A DNA stretch of 60,129 nt from a virus (taxonomy: Duplodnaviria > Caudoviricetes): positions 1 to 60,129 of IMG/VR virus record IMGVR_UViG_3300022752_000073, one strand, 5' to 3'. Shown here one piece after another: positions 56,675 through 60,129 of this stretch. Below the pieces are notes generated by a model. The model was not told where the DNA came from, did not search any database, and saw nothing but the letters and a program-made list of their open reading frames with translations. The translations under genes were made by a program, and so were the position numbers. The stretch's first letter is position 1. Every line of letters begins with the position of its first letter.

Positions 56675-58237
56675 TTAGTAGTACGGCTCTTTCCTGCGGA
56701 AAGCCCGTGGTTCATCTTCTTCGTCAGACGCCAGTTGAATAAAGCCGCCACGTCTGTAACGTAGCAATGCCTGACTCATCGAGTCCACCATGTCGTCATG
56801 CTCGCCTGACGGGAAACTTGCAACTTCTTCAATCAATTCTTCTGCCCAATGTGTATTAGGCACCCAAACATGGCCGGATGCAAACATATCAGCCACGGCA
56901 TTCAGACGGGCTATTTTGTCATTTCCTTTGCTTGGTGTGAACTCTTGCACGGGGATTCCCATCGCCCGAAGCTCAAAAATCAGTGGGCTACCCGCTGCTT
57001 TTGCTTCCACAATCAACGAGTCAACTTCCCACTCTTTAAATTCTTGGTACGCCCGTGCCTTTAATTCAGGAAACTCCATCCGCTTTTTAAACGCATTCAG
57101 CAAAATGATATTAGCCCGTGGAATGCCCCGGTCGTCGTCCTGATAAAACACCCCCCACGTCGTGCATGCCGAGTAGTCCGCCCGCTCGGTTTTAAGAAAC
57201 GCCGTGTCCCAAGACTGAATGATAAATTCGCATGCGGGGGGACTGTCCTGCTCCCAAATTTGCCACCACTCCCGCTTGATGATGGCTGACACGTCAGAAG
57301 TTGGCTGCTGCATGTACTGCGCCTGCCATTTGGCATTGGGCAGTTCTTCTTTTAAGGCTTGCAGCTCGCCAAGTGACCAAAACTCAGGCCATAGGGGTTT
57401 ACCCGAAGGCAGGATTGCCGGAAACTCAATGACTTCCCACTCTTCACCCGATCTTTGCGCTGCCGCTTTCAACACTTGGCCGGTCAAATCTCTCTTAGAC
57501 CAGCGTGTCATCACTATAACAATAGAGCCGCCCGGCTGGAGACGCTGACGTGGGCCGGATGTGTACCACTCGTATGTTTTGTCGTAAATTTCTGGGTTAG
57601 TCTGCGCCATCGCAGCCTCTTGTTCCGAGTGCGGGTCGTCAATAATCAGGATATCCGCGCCTTTACCGGTCACGGCACCCCCAATACCGATAGCAAAATA
57701 CTCCCCGCCGAAGTTTGTGTTCCATCGACCCGCCGCTTTTGAGTCAGATTGCAGGTCTAAGGCCGGAAATATCCGCTTATAGTTAGGTGAATCCACCAAA
57801 TTACGCACTTTTCGACCAAAACCTACCGCTAATTCAGCAGTGTGGCTGGTTTGAATGACTTTTTTGCCCGGAAATTTGCCAAAAAACCAAGCTGGCAGCA
57901 GGTAAGACGCAAATTCTGACTTGGTATGCCGTGGCGGCATGTTGATGATGAGCCTTTTACACTCGCCTCGTGCTACCCGCTCAAACGCCTGAGCCATTTT
58001 GGCATGGTGCCGACCGTGGATGAAGTTAGGCCACATCTCCTGCACAAACACCATGAAATCATCAGCCGCTTTTTCCCTAAGTTTTCTTGTATTGAGCTCA
58101 TCCAGAATTTCTGCGATGGCTTCTTGCTCATCCTTGGGGAACTTTTTGATCAGCATCTGCTGCTGACTGTACGGCAGCGTCTGGAGTTTTTCCAGCACCA
58201 GCTCAAGTTTTGTCTTCTCAACGACTTCAGTCATCAA
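56675..58237 (-). CDS. terL: Terminase large subunit
   Basis: NMPPRHTKSE, IIDDP, MTRW, SWDTA, VEAKAAG, HDDMVD. Confidence 0.93.
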   Translation of the reverse strand: MMTEVVEKTKLELVLEKLQTLPYSQQQMLIKKFPKDEQEAIAEILDELNTRKLREKAADDFMVFVQEMWPNFIHGRHHAKMAQAFERVARGECKRLIINMPPRHTKSEFASYLLPAWFFGKFPGKKVIQTSHTAELAVGFGRKVRNLVDSPNYKRIFPALDLQSDSKAAGRWNTNFGGEYFAIGIGGAVTGKGADILIIDDPHSEQEAAMAQTNPEIYDKTYEWYTSGPRQRLQPGGSIVIVMTRWSKRDLTGQVLKAAAQRSGEEWEVIEFPAILPSGKPLWPEFWSLGELQALKEELPNAKWQAQYMQQPTSDVSAIIKREWWQIWEQDSPPACEFIIQSWDTAFLKTERADYSACTTWGVFYQDDDRGIPRANIILLNAFKKRMEFPELKARAYQEFKEWEVDSLIVEAKAAGSPLIFELRAMGIPVQEFTPSKGNDKIARLNAVADMFASGHVWVPNTHWAEELIEEVASFPSGEHDDMVDSMSQALLRYRRGGFIQLASDEEDEPRAFRRKEPYY

Positions 58238-58847
58238 GTTCTTCCAACTCTTTGCCAGTGAGCCCTAACTCCTCGTCCAAATCAATCACTTGCACAGCAG
58301 GTGCGTCGTTCAAATATCTTTCTTGCGGAATTTCAATAGCCTTAGCCTCTACATCAATGATGCCCTCCATATAAGAAGACAACTTGTTGGCCAACTCTGC
58401 TTGCAATTCTTCAGTAGTACGGTGCGTGACATTGATCTCCATGCGTTCCGTGAACGCACCCACGTCACTCATCTTGCCCAGAAGTTCTAGCGCCTTCAAC
58501 TGGGTTGACTCTTTATTAGAGCCTGTCAACATCATGAGACGCATCTTGACGTAATTTCTAACTTGCGCCGCATTACGCACGACTTCAACGTCGTACTCAT
58601 TCAGCATAGCCTTGAGCATTATGGCAGTTGCCGAACTGATCTCTTTGTTTGCAGTGGGTGTCTCAAAGAATTGCTCACGCGCTTCTTTTTTATCTGCATC
58701 AGTCACTGCGGGGAGTTGCATCCCGTTGGCCGTTAAGAACTCAACCGTATTGAACGCAGCTTGTGCACGGGCGTGCAAATCTTTAGCTTCTTGCGGTGTA
58801 AGCGAAAAAGGTACGGGTACGTCTAATTCAGGTGTAACGAGAATCAT
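58227..58847 (-). CDS. Putative terminase small subunit
   Basis: Directly upstream of terL; LKALELLGK...F.ER.EI; GGAG RBS before ATG at 58847. Confidence 0.7.
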   Translation of the reverse strand: MILVTPELDVPVPFSLTPQEAKDLHARAQAAFNTVEFLTANGMQLPAVTDADKKEAREQFFETPTANKEISSATAIMLKAMLNEYDVEVVRNAAQVRNYVKMRLMMLTGSNKESTQLKALELLGKMSDVGAFTERMEINVTHRTTEELQAELANKLSSYMEGIIDVEAKAIEIPQERYLNDAPAVQVIDLDEELGLTGKELEELDD

Positions 58848-59241
58848 GGTGCGGTTTGTAGCTCCAATTTGTGCGAAGTGTACACGCTTTTTTAAAAAAT
58901 TATATAGGGGGGTGGGGTATTTCACATAGAAACATCTTGGGGGGTGTTATCTATAGGTAGCTCAAACCCCGTTGATCAAAAATTGCACGGGGTAGGGGGC
59001 GTTTTAGTTTTTTCTTTGTGATCTTTTGAGTGAAATACAGTGCATAGCACTACACACAACAAGCCGCCAGTTAGTGGGGGGTGGGGTGTCGATTTTCATA
59101 TGATATGAAATTCAAAGCCCTAGGTGTCAACTTGTTGCTATCCCGTGCAATCTATGACGTTTTGAGGTGTAATACATTCATGGATCGGCGAGGTGCGGTC
59201 GATTCATAACACTCTTAACCATCTGCACATTAGGAGGTCAT

Positions 59242-59766
59242 ATGACCAAAACTCTCTCTTACACTGCCATTGCGGCAGCGGTGGCAACTTCTTTGGTATC
59301 TGCAAAGTCTTATGAGGACAAAGCAGTTTCTCTAAAAGAAGATGCAAACAAGCAAATCCTTGTTTTGCACAAAGCAAAAGTTGTTATAGGGCGCAAGGGT
59401 AAATGCTCTGTTGCAACAGCGTTTTATGATGGGCTCATTTCAGGCGGTTGGGCATCGGGCACGGCGTCAAACTACCTTTCAACCTTTCGGGAAGCAGTGG
59501 CTACCGGTAAACCGGTGCGGGAATGGAATCCCGCACAATCAAAAAACAAAGGTGCAAGCCCATCGGGGGCAAGGGCGGGTAGCACTGCTACCGGTAGCAA
59601 GCCCTTTGCAGATTTGTTGAGACCCGCATTCAACCATGACAAGGGAAAATCATTCATGGCATTGTGCGAAGCCATCGAGAATCAGTATCAAGCCGATTCG
59701 ATCAAAACCATGTACGAAGGTTTTGTAGAGTACTTTAAATCTGAAGGGGATGAAATAGAAGAGTAA
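59242..59766 (+). CDS. First early protein, allele B
   Basis: 56/95 identical to 281..793 in the N-domain (manual count), C-domain nearly identical; AGGAGG RBS. Confidence 0.8.
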   Translation: MTKTLSYTAIAAAVATSLVSAKSYEDKAVSLKEDANKQILVLHKAKVVIGRKGKCSVATAFYDGLISGGWASGTASNYLSTFREAVATGKPVREWNPAQSKNKGASPSGARAGSTATGSKPFADLLRPAFNHDKGKSFMALCEAIENQYQADSIKTMYEGFVEYFKSEGDEIEE

Positions 59767-59774
59767 ACCCCTAC

Positions 59775-59804
59775 AACCCCCCGAGAAATCGGGGGGTTTT
59801 TTTT
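59775..59804 (+). terminator. Rho-independent terminator
   Basis: AACCCCCCGA-GAAA-TCGGGGGGTTTTTTTT. Confidence 0.9.
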
Positions 59805-60129
59805 CGCCCAAAATTCCCCCACACCACAACATCCAGCACCGTCATGCTCTTCCACGTGGAAGAGCTTTGATAACTGTTCCCTCAAAGCGGGCCGCAAGAC
59901 ATCGAAAAGAATCATCCTACAAAGAAGTTGTAGTGTGTTATCACGTGACAAGATGTTGGCAACTTAAAATCTAAGTAATTTCATATCATATGAAATCACA
60001 ACAACTTATACCGATAACTGTTCCCTCGATGCGGGCCGTATTGACGCATAGGGAATTCCCCTGCGTAGTGCTACTTCCCACTGGTTGGACAAAACTTCCC
60101 ACGGTGGGAAATGTCAACTGCGTATAAGG

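Larger units (their letters stand above)
58961..60129. repeat. Right copy of imperfect terminal repeat (allele B cassette)
   Basis: Colinear with 1-1197. Confidence 0.95.

Noticed and set aside
1-60129. tRNA genes or alternative genetic code
   Set aside because: No cloverleaf noticed by eye (tRNAscan not run); standard code gives intact, tightly packed genes

Overview
Apparently complete ~59 kb tailed dsDNA phage genome with a podovirus-like gene set; no tRNA, integrase or RNA polymerase was seen. The + strand arm (~0.3-20.4 kb) carries early genes, a DUF3150-like/MoxR AAA/VWA-metallopeptidase triad, family A DNA polymerase, nucleases, SNF2 helicase, an SSB-like protein and a primase-helicase. 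The - strand arm (58.8 to 20.5 kb) carries terminase, a 2OG-Fe(II) oxygenase, portal, GroES, scaffold, major capsid, HNH, a run of small basic virion proteins, tail proteins, lysis genes and ejection proteins. The contig ends are two divergent copies of the same ~1.2 kb cassette; this may be a strain bubble in the assembly. Main non-obvious signals: (1) a ~70 nt terminator-ended RNA at 20440-20511 whose loop is antisense (20/21 nt) to early-gene ribosome-binding sites; (2) two alleles of the first gene, each flanked by its own type of 19-bp palindrome; (3) a ~600 nt promoter-driven structured non-coding region next to a symmetric origin-like element; (4) a recurring [MFY]xxGG peptide motif separating modules in many late proteins; (5) pseudoknots abutting late-gene RBSs. 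All calls come from manual motif reading; no database search was run.
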